Positions 49,690 to 62,295 are shown, numbered from the whole stretch's first letter. The stretch: DNA of 63,857 nt, filler included, from Pelomyxa schiedti (GCA_020536535.1; 11 parts of 11 records of this genome joined end to end with filler, not necessarily neighbours in it), one strand, 5' to 3'. Numbers and translations are program-made. Notes: generated from the letters alone by a model not told the origin.

Positions 49690-51637
49690 ATGTCGGGTCC
49701 AGCGACCCTCAGAGCGCGGTGGAATTGGGAAAACGACTTTCCCGATGCGTCCACCCCGGGAACGCCCTCCCCTACGCAACTAGTCCCGCCTCCCCACTCC
49801 CCTCCGCCTCTCACCACTCCCCTACTACCCCACAACAACTCGTCTCCTGCTCCCGAAGGCACGCCATTTGTCCCGCTGCTCTGTGGCCACTGCCTATTCA
49901 ACAAGGCGCTAAGCAAGCCTGGTTTTGTGACGGTGGGTAATTTTCTGTGTTGCACTGACACTACCCAATGGGGCACTGTGTCGGGGTCAACTGTGCTCGG
50001 CGGCCTCCCCTGGGAACAGTTCCCTACGTACGTTGTCTTTCGATGTTCCAAGTGCCGTAGTGGTGTCACTATTTCTCCAGCCGACCTCAAAGCCCCTGAA
50101 ACAACAGCTACGAAAGCCAGCCAAAAAACCCCTAGCCATTTGCTGGCAGCTGAACCCGCATATATTGCGCACACAGGGCAAGATGAACCCATGGACGATC
50201 CCAACCAGGTGCCATCGGCTTCAACGATGCCTTCTTCGCCACCAAACACCACAACAAAACAGCCAGGCACAAAGAAATCACCTGTGGGCATCACGGAGCT
50301 CCTGTCACCACTTTTCATCCAGAAGAAAGACTCAGCACCAGGACTCCCAAAGAAGGCGTCATACTGCCCAAAGTTCCCAATGAGGCTTGAGGTGGTTCCA
50401 TCTGACCGTGTTCCACCTTGCGTGCCATGTGTCGGATTGCGCAATGGACAGACCTTGGTTGGTGTACCTGATCACGCAGCCGTGGACTTCAGGATCGTGA
50501 ACGTCACGAGAGTTCAGGATGGGAACAGGGAAAAATATGAAGGAAATTTGAAGCTTGCCTTGTACATGAAGATTGGTGACTCTTTTGTGGTAAACGACTG
50601 GAAATTTTGTGTGTTTCATCCCCCTCCCCCTCGCTCTTCCGGCTTTTTCAAGTGCTCTGACTCACCCTTCCCACAGTGACGTCTACCAGATTCAGGGACA
50701 CACCTCAGTCCGAATTACCTTGTGAACAACGGGTGTGTGAAATGGATCAGGTGACTACACTCCCCTCCATGCTTCTTGCTGAGCAGTTGTGGCAACATCT
50801 GACCAAGGGTGCCCCGTCTCAGGCGGTTGCAACCCTCGATAAGTTGTATCCCTGTTTTCCACATGAACAAGGACTGCAAATGTGGAGCTCCAACGACTTA
50901 AACTCGAGTAACATTTCCGTTTCTGTGGGTTCCTTGCCAGCAATTCTCTCACCACAAACACACAGTTTTCCAAGGTGCGACCATCACAAAGGAGAAATTC
51001 TTCCAGTTGTGCTCATTCTGGCTGTCAGAAGCGAGTCCCACAGCTGTTGTTTCCTTTGATCCGGTGAGCCTTGACACCCAACAATTAACCCAACAAAGTT
51101 CTTTCTCACTCTGAAACCCCCCTCACAACAGGTTTCGGTTGAGTATTGGAGATCACACAAGTGTGTGCCAAACAACACCCCTCACACTTTCTTTTTGCTC
51201 ATTTCTCCATCACCTGCAGTTGGATATGTGGGTTCTTTGATGGCAACGACTATGAGAGACTCTTTTCAGGGTTTCCAGACCGCGTCATGATTCACTTCTG
51301 CAATCAATTTGCAGGAAGATATGTGCTCAAGTGCTCACCAACACAGGAAGGATTCTCCATATTTTACAAAGACCGTTGCAGCTCATACATGGTGGCCGTG
51401 CATGAAGGAACACTCACTCCCGTCAGACTGCGCAGCACCACATTAGAAAGTGCATCAGCTGTAATACCACCAGTGCAGATGTCAGGGTGGTACGTGCCTG
51501 GGCCAACTGGAGTTCTGCCCAAGTTCTTCCCAACACTTGCTGCTGTCATCAAAAGCATCCTCCCTGAGTGTTATGGCTGGATCACCCGGGACATGGTCCA
51601 AAGTTATGTGTACAAAAAACAACACCGCCTTCTGTAA
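49690..51637 (+). CDS. Hypothetical multi-exon protein: same unidentified domain plus a degenerate SH2-like C-terminal domain
   Basis: GITELLSPLF...DSAPGLPKKASYCPKFPM...TLVGVPD...FRIVN...KYEGNLKL. Last exon WICGFFDGNDYERLFSGFPDRVMIHFCNQFAGRYVL resembles the WFHGF/FLxRFS SH2 pattern. Confidence 0.6.
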
Positions 51638-52527
51638 AGATCTTAGCACCAAATTCTTTGTTTATTGTAAGAACACCCACGTGAAGTAGTAACACGTTGA
51701 GGGTGGTGCTGCTATCCCACAAGGTTGGTGAATCTCCCACTTGCCCTTCACACCTTCATGCTGTAGAACAGCATCCCAGTGGGAACCAGCTATGCCGGTG
51801 TCATTGGGCACGAAATGGTTGCTGGAGGACTGGGTGCCAAAGAAGTGCCACCTTGCTTCTGGGTTGGAAGGCGATGACGGTTGGTAGACCACTCGCCACG
51901 GCTGGAAGTTTACGGCACTTGGGGCGATTCGGACACACTCGGCAGCTTTGATGAATGNNNNNNNNNNNNNNNNNNNNNNNNNNNNNNNNNNNNNNNNNNN
52001 NTTAATTAATTAANNNNNNNNNNNNNNNNNNNNNNNNNNNNNNNNNNNNNNNNNNNNCACACACTCACACACTTAGTTGTTGTTACCACAACAACAAGGG
52101 AGTGGTGCCTTTGGTGGTGGAATGCACGCCACACAGCACATCTATAGTCGTAATGTGAATGTTGTGTGTTGAGTGAATTGGAACAAATGACTTGCGAGAG
52201 AGGTATACCTTTGGGTCTGTGTATTTCTCAATAAGGCCTCTGTGCTTTTGAGTAGGAACAATAAGGTCCCCCCAGAACACTATAATGTCATTCATGCATG
52301 CACTCAAGTCTGCCATGTTGTATCCTGTCATACCTCTTAGAGTATCCAGCTGGAATTGTGAAGCTGAGGCTACACACCCAACAGTTCACAATGCCCAGTG
52401 TATGGTTCGATAGGCAGAGTGCAGCAGAAGCACTAAGTGATGGAGCATACTGCCCCATCTTGTCATCCAGTAGGGTCATTTCCAAAAGATACTAGGGGAG
52501 CAAGTTAGTGTTATGATTTAATTCTGG

Positions 52528-53461
52528 GTGGTAGATCTCCGCGCGCCCCTCGAAGACCGCGAGGGCCCTCTTGTCGTAGACACGCAGACAAGCTTGCAAC
52601 AACCGCCGTCGATGGTGGGGGATGCAGTGCGTGGTAGTTTTAGGGATGCCGGTGTTTTGGCTTTGTTGATGAAAGACGCGAATGACGGCTCGGTTCACTT
52701 GCTGTATACATTGGTCAGAATTGAGCCTTTGTGTGCTTGTGTTACAGCGGGTCTCACAAATAACGTAACAGAGGACCAAAAGTGTTGGGAGTCACAAGGG
52801 TGAGGTGTCATTTCCTGGCGGCAAATTTGACACTGGTGTGGATGAGTCCTTTTGTGACACTGCTCTCAGGGAGGCAGAAGAAGAGGTTTGAGCTGACTTG
52901 CCTCACAGCCATTTTCACAAACAATGTACCCTCAGGTTGGTCTAAGAAAGGAGACAGTGAAAGTACTTGGTGAACTTGAGCCTTATTATGTTTCAACTGG
53001 GTTCTGCATCCACCCTGTGATTGGAGTTTTGACTCATCCCGTTGTATTAACAGCAGTAAACACCCTTCCAAATCTGTTCCCTCCAACAACTTCTAATGTA
53101 ACCCAACTGGTCTTGATCAAGGCTGCCCTGGATCGATCCAACCAACTCAGCCACCAACGGCACAAACTGAGGCACCATTCTTTCTTGCCAGTGTTGGCGA
53201 AGTTGCTAGAGTGTTCACTGTTAAGATATCTGAGATCTGGCAAACCCAGATTTGTGGCGCTATGAACAGTGGGCTGCAGGAATTCCCCTCAAACCAACTT
53301 CTGGATTGACACCAAGCCCAACAATGGGTACTCCAACTGAGTGCACGAATAATGACACCGAGACGCAGTTCCCTGGATTTTCTGTGTACTTCTTTCTGCA
53401 CCCTTCTTACAACATATGGGGAGCCACAGCGCATATTACACTCGATATTCTTAAAAGGTAG
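52528..53461 (+). CDS. Nudix hydrolase, CoA pyrophosphatase (NUDT7/NUDT8/PCD1-like), multi-exon, start uncertain
   Basis: RDAGVLALL..VHLLYTL/RTKSVGSHKGEVSFPGGKFDTGVDESFCDTALREAEEE/VGL (Nudix box), EVARVFTV, IWGATAHI. Confidence 0.85.
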
Positions 53462-54003
53462 ACTAGTAAACTAGATGAAAACCTTAATTTGCATTTAATC
53501 TTATCACAGATGTTTCAGAATTTTGCTACGAACATTTGATCCTGCAGTGTGACCCAACCCAAGTGTGCTTGCACTTTGTCCTCTGGTTTTTTACTTTGCC
53601 AAGATACCATTTCCTCCATCCCACAGGGAATACTGGAGGAATACAGAAGGCGTGCACATCTCCGAGACTATGTCCACCAGGCTCTCTTATCCCCCTCCTC
53701 CAGTTAGCTTTGCCAGAGGGAAGGTTAAAAGCAAACCCACATCCTATCCTCGACAAAAAGAAAGTACAACCCTCACAAACTCTGTTCAACAGACTAGAAG
53801 ACAGGACCGACCAAGCAACAAGGAAAAAACCCAGAAGAAGGATTTGGTATCTTTATTTTCTTGGGCACCAAAAAAACAAAACAAAAAAAAAAAACCAGTG
53901 CAGCACATGTTTGGCTTTACAAAAGGCTATCAAAAAGAAGTTTGGCTTGGGCAAACTCTGATATCTCTCAGTTAGTAGTGGGTTTCACTTGGGGTGCAAC
54001 AAC

Positions 54004-54193
54004 CTCCTTCAGTTTCCCCATGGCAGCATAGTGGTTCAACACTGGGACGGTCTCTGTCTCAAAGGTGATAAACCTGTGCATTGTACAGGTAGGTGGCATA
54101 ACGAGGCTGTTTGTGGGTGGCACTTCCTCACGTTCTACACAGAGGCAAAACAAGTGGGAGAATTGACGACAACATTGAGAGCATCAAGAAGAG
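54004..54193. pseudogene. CMPK1: UMP-CMP kinase relic with two consecutive exons on opposite strands
   Basis: The + strand exon 54143-54193 encodes GKTSGRIDDNIESIKKR. The - strand exon 54073-54004 encodes FITFETETVPVLNHYAAMGKLKE. Confidence 0.8.
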
Positions 54194-54617
54194 GTTCCTC
54201 TTGTTTTTTTTGGCCTTTCCCCACGCAGCAGCGAACTTTGCAAGCGAGTTTTTCAAACAAAGTTGTGTTCGGGGAAAAGAAACAAAGGAAGAGGTTGGGG
54301 GGTCGTGTGGGGGGCAGCACGGTGTATTGTGTGGCTCGTTGTGCCTGTGACATGTTGTTATGTGTCATATTAATACCTCCACAAACGTTTTCCTCATTTT
54401 TTTCGTCATTCCTTACAACAGTCTTTGCAACAATATTTGTGTGGCTTGTGGCATTCAGTCAAGACTGTGGGGGTGGATTGGTTGCAATCTTTCCGGCATT
54501 TATCGGCACTCGCGATAGTTTTAGCGACAATATTTCGACTGATGTCGACACTTGTGGCGATCCTTTCGGCACCTGCAAAGATCTTTTCGACTTAACCTGT
54601 CACTGTCTTCTCAGTGA

Positions 54618-55080
54618 ATGGACCAGTGGGTTGCACAGAAGCGGAACCGGCTGCTACATCGTGCCCACAATGAGAATGCACAACAAGTGGCCTTTGAAGA
54701 AGGGGTGGCTCTTTCTACTGTATACGAATATAAGAAAAGACCTTTGGGCTACAAACCACGACATGGAGGAGGTCGGGTGACAACTGGTTCTATGTATGTT
54801 GAAAGAATTTATTTGTAAAGAAGGGTCTTCCACTAGAGCTGAACAAATCGAATTTCTGTTGGCTAAGACTGGAAAGTTATTCAACCTGCTTTGGTACCAT
54901 CAAGCAAAATCTCCGTAAGAACACAAAACTCATCAACCAGCACAATCTGGAGGAATGGCTTTATGCTGAAGCTGAAAACATAACAGGAAGTATGGTTTCC
55001 GCCTATGCAGCACACTGTCATTACTTTGTTCCAGGACAAGTCTATCAACCTTATGAAAAGTGTGCTTTTGGCACAATGTT
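54618..55080 (+). mobile_element. Internally deleted IS630/Tc1-mariner-like transposase relic
   Basis: HTH-like VAFEEGVALSTVYEYKKR..GGGR, then SSTRAEQIEFLLAKTG, then DDE_3-type C-tail FGTIKQNLRK...EAENITGSMVSAYAAHCHY. Frameshifted, no DDE core, no TIRs seen. Confidence 0.5.
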
Positions 55081-55108
55081 TAAAGGAAACAGAAAGTTTT
55101 TCTAGTTT

Positions 55109-55300
55109 TTAAACTTCATTATTATCCTGGCTTGTCCTGTCACTTGCAGCTGCAGTGGCAACAAAGTGCACACTATGACTTCCAGGTGTTGTAGGCATGG
55201 AAGTATTTGTGACAGGGATTCCCGGTGTTGAAGTATTCACAACAGGTGCGAATGTGTTTGTTACAGGTGCGGAAGTATTTGCGACAGGTGCTGGTGCCAT
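55109..55300 (-). repeat. Short ~21-bp coding-like tandem repeat (xPVxNT[S/F] units)
   Basis: APVANTS-APVTNTF-APVVNTS-TPGIPVTNTS. Confidence 0.5.
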
Positions 55301-55430
55301 TGTTTTAGGTGCGAAAGTAGATGTTCCATGNNNNNNNNNNNNNNNNNNNNNNNNNNNNNNNNNNNNNNNNNNNNTTAATTAATTAANNNNNNNNNNNNNN
55401 NNNNNNNNNNNNNNNNNNNNNNNNNNNNNN

Positions 55431-57743
55431 TCATCGTCATCGTCATCGTCGTCGTCGGGGGGTGGCGACGTGACACTGTTCAGGGTGGCCGAGGCAATGT
55501 TCCCGCTCGTGGCACTCGTGTCGAAGAGGGTGCTCAAAAACATCGCAACCAACAGTGCCACTGGAATTCTGGTTGGAAGACACTTGCTGTTGTGCTCGTC
55601 GTACGACGCTCTGGTCGACGCAGCCAGGGCACCGGCCGCATCGTGCATACAGTGGATGCTATTACACAGCCGCAGTGAGAACAAGCCCGTGAGCGGTGAG
55701 GCAGAGAGAGCGGTGAAGGAAGCTGCTGCGGTTGTGTATGGGCTGTGCACTGGTGGCCACTTGGATTTGGCGAGAAGGCTCATTGGCGATGATGATGATG
55801 ATGGGACGGGGACACTTCCTGTGCTGTGGGATGGAAGACAAATTGAAAGGTGGAAAAGAGCCAATGGCACTGACAGGGCACTGAGGGAGAGGGTTGTGGA
55901 GTATCTGAGGGCAGAGTGTGGGAAATATCACTTGATTCCTGATGTGTGCAGAGCTGGAAACTTGGATGTGCTCAAGTGGCTGGCGAGGATTATGGGAATC
56001 GGGGGCGATAACTTTCATTGGGTTCTGCCTGAGGCGATGCGTTGTGCAGCAGAAACTGGGCAACTTCGCATTCTCGAGTGGCTGTTTGATGAATTTCACT
56101 GTGATGGTTTTCATCCAACCCTCCTCAACGAGCTTTCTGAGGAGTGTGCAGCGGGTGTTCATCCTGGCTTGTTGGTTGAGTGGTGTTCAAACAAATTTCC
56201 TGTTGACAAGGCCAGAGTGGCAAATCGACTGTTGCGAAATAAGCACAGCACAGTTGAGGAATGTCAAGGGATGCTGGATGTATTTATGGGAGATCACCAT
56301 AATCTCCTGGGACCCATCCAGAACGTTGAGGTTGCGAAGTGGGTATTGAGCAACTTCCCCAATCATGCGGACCTCTCTGAGGGGGGGCTCAACATCCTGT
56401 GTTCCAACCATGGGGATGTCTCTATCGTTGAGTGGTTTATCAGTGAGCATAAGGTCAAACCAACTCCCACAAGCTTTGGTCTAGCATGTTCAACGTCCCC
56501 CAAAAGTGGTTCCTCCTTGGCAAAGTGGCTCTCAAAAAGGGTGACACTCTCTCAGTCTGACATCCTCAGTTCCCTACTGGTATCACTCCGGCGAGGCAAC
56601 ACAGAAGTTGCCGATTGGCTTGAGGAGTCATTCCACCTGATGGATGGAATAAATTCTGACCCCGAGGTTGCAGGAAGAATGTTGGTGGACATGTGCCAAG
56701 GATTTGGTCTGCAAGGTGTTGCTGGTGTGAAATGGTTGATTGAACACCTGTCATATCCTCTCCAGATCAAAGAGACCTCAATCTGGGAAGCAGTTTCAGA
56801 GTCACTCAGTTTCTGTCACCACGAAGCTGTTTTGTTTCTCCTCGAGGCATTCCCCAAGTTTGAACCACAGAGATACCCAGAGCTCTTCGAGAATCTGATG
56901 ATTGAGTTCATGAGTTCAGAAATGATCAGGCTGCNNNNNNNNNNNNNNNNNNNNNNNNNNNNNNNNNNNNNNNNNNNNNNNNNNNNNNNNNNNNNNNNNN
57001 NNNNNNNNNNNNNNNNNNNNNNNNNNNNNNNNNNTGTCACCACGAAGCTGTTTTGTTTCTCCTCGAGGCATTCCCCAAGTTTGAACCACAGAGATACCCA
57101 GAGCTCTTCGAGAATCTGATGATTGAGTTCATGAGTTCAGAAATGATCAGGCTGCAACACCTGTTGACTGGAGCCAGGAGCCCATCTTCGTTGGTTGAAA
57201 CCACATTGGAGTTTGTTGTGAAGTGCCTCACTTCCGGTTCCTTCGAGCCACACTCAAGCAAGATTGTGAAGTGGTTGATACGTGAGTTCCATCTCGAGTA
57301 TGAGCACATCAGTGAGGAGGGAAACACCCTGTTGTTCAAGCTTCTTGTCAACAGTAAGAACAGGTGTGCAGAATGGCTCATTGACTCCTTCTCGATCCCC
57401 CTCTCAGATGTGTGTATCTTTCTCTCTTAGATTTCTCTCTTCCGCATCTCTGAACCATCCAAAACAACAGATTTGTGACATGGCCAAGTGGTGGGCCAGA
57501 CCCAACTGTGCCATTGACCTGTCGTCATGGCAGATGATACTAAACAAGTTCCCCATCATAGATGCAACACTGATTCGTGAGAACCACCTGATGACCTTTG
57601 TTGTCCAGTCACCAGAAAACTCCCTGTGCACGTTCAACCACTGCTGCGGGATCACAAAGGATGAGGTCCATGAATACTGTGCAAGACGATTCAATAACCA
57701 CCAACTCACACAAAAGATGAAAGTGTGGCTTGGAATTCTGTGA
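55431..57743 (+). CDS. Degenerate ankyrin-repeat-like protein (5' partial; gap duplication 56814-56934/57035-57155; one intron at ~57411-57469)
   Basis: GGHLDLARRL, CRAGNLDVLKWL, AAETGQLRILEWL, GNTEVADWL repeats. Confidence 0.7.
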
Positions 57744-58067
57744 TGCACCATAACAGAAACCGCCAAGTTCAGTAAACATTGGGGTTCTACAGGCACAATT
57801 GGGGGGGGGGGTTCAAAATCCTTGTCGTCTAGCACCGAGATGGTAACAGCAAGGTGCAGCCACCCGCAGCACGGCACCGAGCCACGATACGACCACCGAG
57901 TACGACCGGCCGTGGGGCTGGCCGATACACCCGCCTCGCTTACTTGGCCACCCCCGCCGACTGTTGCTGCACCCACCACGGCGGAGCCGCGGGCAAAGAG
58001 GCGGAGGCCAAACCAGTGACGAATAGTCCACCATCTTTTGGCTTACACCGGGGGGCAAGTCAAATGG

Positions 58068-58476
58068 CTGAATCGGGTCTCGCCGCGGCTGCGCGGCCTT
58101 GACATAAATGGCATGTTTGGGGTTGTGGAGACTGTGCAGTGACTTGCCTCTTTGTTTATCTCCACTATCATCAAAAAAATCGCTGCTACGAGGGGAGACC
58201 ATGCCGCCCTGGGGTGAAGAGGAACAAGCGGTACCCGCCTTGTCTCTTCCATCGCGTCGTGCCATCTAATATTAATTGTTTTATTTCTGAATCAATTAAA
58301 TTAATTTATATATATTAAATATTTAATATATATTTTATTTATTTTAATTAATTAATTATTATTAATTTAATTAAAAGTAATTTTTTACGCATTTATGCCT
58401 TGTAATAAGGCCTACAGCATTGCCGCACCCCTTTAATGTATTTCCGAGCCTTCCACTGGTATGTGGCTTCTTGTTT
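58068..58476 (+). repeat. Dispersed repeat family A, copy 3
   Basis: Same conserved blocks and AT-rich tract as 37816-38400. Confidence 0.85.
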
Positions 58477-58576
58477 NNNNNNNNNNNNNNNNNNNNNNNN
58501 NNNNNNNNNNNNNNNNNNNNTTAATTAATTAANNNNNNNNNNNNNNNNNNNNNNNNNNNNNNNNNNNNNNNNNNNN

Positions 58577-58823
58577 GTACAGAATCTCTGATTTGTCCAC
58601 TCCCTGCCAGGTGAACCTGGATTCACATCCAATTTTTTCTGCCACGATGGCCAGTTGTGGAGTTTATGTTGATGTGAGAACGAGGGATGGAAATGTTCCA
58701 ACATACACAATCAAAGATGTTGTGACAGGTTGTTCACTTGCAGCAGTTCAGTTCCACGTTGGGCCCACAAACAAATCTCAGACACCAGTCTTCTCCCCCC
58801 AGAACCACTGCATACTCATGTAG
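58577..58823 (+). CDS. 3' fragment of an orphan-family gene
   Basis: YTIKDVVTGCSLAAVQF resembles the family C-terminal I.DA.TG motif. Confidence 0.35.
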
Positions 58824-59444
58824 AATAATTAACACAAAACAAATGGTGTGTGGGTGTGTTGGTGAGGGCAGGATCCTGGTCAGTCGGAAGTATCATGCTG
58901 AGCAGTCCCTGCAGTTCTTTGTTGTGGATGTTGTGAGTGGTGAGGGTGGTGGGACTGCTTACAACATTGGTTGTTGGAGGGACTCTAACTTGTGTGTGCA
59001 TGCACCAATGCCATGTGTCTGGATGTGGAGCAGTAACTGTATTGTGGGACTCTGCTGAGCACATACTGTGTGTGGAAGGTTTTTGCTGCCATTAGTTGTG
59101 CTGCCGCAGAGCTGTCAGAGGACTGTTTTGTGTGGGGAGTGTGGTTCAGTAGAATACACAAGAAAACTCTCTGCAAGCACAAGCACAAACACCACAACCC
59201 TTGTTTTCTTTCCCGAAAGTGCCTGGATTCCGTGCTATGGATTCCATACCTCATGCCTCGGCTCTGTAACAGCTGCGGCTCCGTTCACCCAATTCGCTTG
59301 TGCCCCTGGTGTGTGTGCCTGTCGTTGGGTATTGTGTGTTGTAACAGACATCTCCCACGGGAGGCAGTGCAAAAACTGTAGGAAGAACAATGGCTACAAC
59401 AAAAACCTTCTTGACTTGTTTTTTAAATTTGCAGCCAAATAAGG

Positions 59445-59605
59445 TAAAGAGTCATTGAGACACTGAGAGAATGCCAAAGAGGTGGTCTTACATCATTTCA
59501 ATGCAATGTTCGTTGCAACCGTTTTTGGGGGGGTTCCCTCGAGGCACCTGTTGCGGGTCTGAAAAGTACTTATGTTTTTTCTGTGGAGTGTACTTATGGG
59601 AGCCA
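59445..59605 (-). repeat. Dispersed repeat family B, copy 2 (inverted)
   Basis: Reverse complement matches 47240-47400. Confidence 0.85.
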
Positions 59606-59689
59606 TCAAACAGCATCACAAGTTTGGTGCTTGTGCTGGGATTTGTTGCTGTTTGGTGCTGTGGGGCGTTTGGCGTGGCACCGCGGTGG

Positions 59690-59880
59690 TGGTGTGGCGT
59701 TGGTGGTTCATTGAATCGAATCGGGTCCGGCACTGATGTAACGATTGTGCAGTGACACTAGACCATCAAGAAAAATTGATGACTGCAACGAGGGAGCATG
59801 CCATCAGTGAATTTTGCAACAGGACAGCGGTGGTGCCGTGACCAGTTGCGTTTTTGGTGTTTAGGCATTATATATTTATT
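59690..59880 (+). repeat. Dispersed repeat family A, diverged copy
   Basis: GAATCGGGTC, TGTGCAGTGAC, CATCAA.AAAAAT, CTGC.ACGAGGGAGCATGCC, then an AT-rich tract, in the same order as the other copies. Confidence 0.6.
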
Positions 59881-60893
59881 ATTTGTATTATTATTACTCT
59901 TTTTTAGTTATTTGGTGAGCACTTCGTGTGGGTGTACTTGTTTTTGTNNNNNNNNNNNNNNNNNNNNNNNNNNNNNNNNNNNNNNNNNNNNTTAATTAAT
60001 TAANNNNNNNNNNNNNNNNNNNNNNNNNNNNNNNNNNNNNNNNNNNNGCGGTGATGCTCCAAGGCACACTCGAGGCACATGAGGAGGTTGTCAGTGGCAC
60101 AGAACCTCTCAAGTGGCCTGTCTGGGTGCAAAACGCACTTTCCTGTGTGTGTGAGATATTGTTTTTTTTGTTGTTGTGTAAATGTTGGAGCAGCAAACCT
60201 GATTGGGCCGATTTACCATCATGAAGACAGGCACCAACAGGCACATCATCAGCAAAGACATCCCACACGCAGAGAGATGTCACGCGGTGGCACACCCTGC
60301 ACTCGACGTTCACATCTCCATGACCCCCCCCTCGGTTGTTTTGATCGTGTCGACGACGGTGACAAATAGGCGGATGTGCAGAGTGACGCCATGCAACTCC
60401 CGCACACTCCGTGTCCGCACTCCTGTTTCCAAAAGGGTCAGTACTCCCACACGACGACCCTTTTTTTTTGTTGGTTTGTTGTTGTTGTTGGCGGCTTCGG
60501 TGCGTGGCCCACCAATAGGTGCCCCTGAGGGTCATTACAAGCGATTGGGTTGTAACAGACCCAACAACACATCGTCTGGTCTTCGTTGCGATTCATTGTT
60601 TTATCAAAATCACAACAAGTAATCTTCGGTTATGAAGACCTTCTCTTGGAGTGTGCTGCTGTTTAGGGGGTGTTTTGTGAACCCGTGGGGAGTGTCTTTG
60701 TGGTTTGGATAGTGAACACCATCTCCGCAAAAGTCTTGATTCAGGGAAATCAAGGTGAGGAACCTCAAGCAAAGGCTTGATAAGGCCTTTGAAAATGAGG
60801 GGAGTGTTGTTGGATTGTTAAACTCCCAATCGGAGGCGTGTGTGCGCACTGGACAACCTTTCATTACTGTCCGGAAAAAATCTTTCTTTTTTT

Positions 60894-62192
60894 TCAGGAG
60901 TATGAGTGGTGAAGATGGAAGACTGACAATTCTCCTGAAACATCAAGAGAAAAAAGGGAGAAAACAGGGAGGCCAGAGAGTGCCTCGTAACATTGGAGCG
61001 TTCCCAAACCTTCCTTGATGAAAATGAGGCCCGATGACCAGTGGACCACCTTTCCACGCCCAACCCACTGCTTCACAAGCTCATTTGTCCCGACCTCATA
61101 GAAACAGCACTGCATTGGGTCCACTTTCAACCCATAGTGTGACTCATCAACAGGTGAAACCCCAGCTCCAGAACCCTCAAGAACTGTGTACTTTCCAGTG
61201 ACAACATCCTGAATCAGAGTCTGACCTTTGGTTGTCACCCACAGTGCAACGAAAATCCTCCCTCTTCTGTCAAGCCAGACGCCATCCAGGATGGTTGCAT
61301 ATCTGAGCAGTGGGTCTCTCCTCACACAGAACTCCTTTGCAACCACAATTGACCTGGACTCAAAGCACTTCCTGATGTCAACGAACCTCACTCTGCAACA
61401 AGAGTTCTTGTCACACACAATGCACATCTCATCACAATCGCCAACAATGGCATAAGGCTTCTTCTCCCCTGAATCTTCATCACCGCAATGGGCCATCATT
61501 TTCCCCAGCACACCAGGGGTGAGGGAAATTACCATGCTGAAGCTGCTCTCACCCATCAAAGCGGTTGTATCCAGGTCAACCCTGTCAGCCAAAACGGGCA
61601 GGTCATCGACCAGCTTCCACACGCATATGCCGGGCGGGTACAGTTGAGCCACCAGCCACTTTCTGTTGTGCACAAGACTCAGCACTTTCCCACCTGGCAG
61701 GCCCTTGATTTCCCTGTTCCTGGCAGTGTCAGGTGTGATTTCCATTGTGGTGTCCGTGACTCTGGAGAGAGAATGAACCGACAGCGTGGCTGTTGAAAAG
61801 TCGCACCGGAGTTGAACTGTGGGGCTTATCAGGGAGCTCAGCTCTGTCAAAACACGAGGTGGGCTGACAAATCCCACGAGGGGGTGAGTCATTCCCAGGC
61901 ACGCGGAGAATCCCATAACCACGTGGTAGGGGTCCCACACCGCGCCGGTGGAGGCGACGAGCGCGGCGATGTGGTGGCGCGTCGTGAGCAGCCAAGACTG
62001 GGCGAAATCGCGGACGAGGGCCGCCGGCAGATCACTCAGCGGGCTCGCCGTGCCGCTTTTGGGTGTTGAGCAACAACAAATCAGGAATGCGAGTGCTTGG
62101 TCTCTGGCCATCACTGCCGCTTCACATTTCACCGAGCGAGAAGCATCGTCGACGCACAACAGCGTCGACGCTCGCGAATCTTCCATCATCAT
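60894..62192 (-). CDS. Lineage-specific intronless orphan-family protein
   Basis: ARDQALAFLICCC...SPLSDLPAALVRDFAQSW; NRKWLVA; SGLIFIKE..LQCYEALSG. Confidence 0.75.
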   Translation of the reverse strand: MMMEDSRASTLLCVDDASRSVKCEAAVMARDQALAFLICCCSTPKSGTASPLSDLPAALVRDFAQSWLLTTRHHIAALVASTGAVWDPYHVVMGFSACLGMTHPLVGFVSPPRVLTELSSLISPTVQLRCDFSTATLSVHSLSRVTDTTMEITPDTARNREIKGLPGGKVLSLVHNRKWLVAQLYPPGICVWKLVDDLPVLADRVDLDTTALMGESSFSMVISLTPGVLGKMMAHCGDEDSGEKKPYAIVGDCDEMCIVCDKNSCCRVRFVDIRKCFESRSIVVAKEFCVRRDPLLRYATILDGVWLDRRGRIFVALWVTTKGQTLIQDVVTGKYTVLEGSGAGVSPVDESHYGLKVDPMQCCFYEVGTNELVKQWVGRGKVVHWSSGLIFIKEGLGTLQCYEALSGLPVFSLFSLDVSGELSVFHLHHSYS

Positions 62193-62295
62193 CGCGACTT
62201 CCTTTTGTACCTTCTCGAAAAAAAAATGCAAAAAACAAAAAACAACGGCCCGACGGTTGGGAGGTGCGGCCCACGGCAATTGTCACGATTGTGGG

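Noticed and set aside
58185-58230. GGGGAGACCATG resembling U1 snRNA stem I
   Set aside because: No ATACTTACCTG 5' end or other U1 features; it is part of repeat A.
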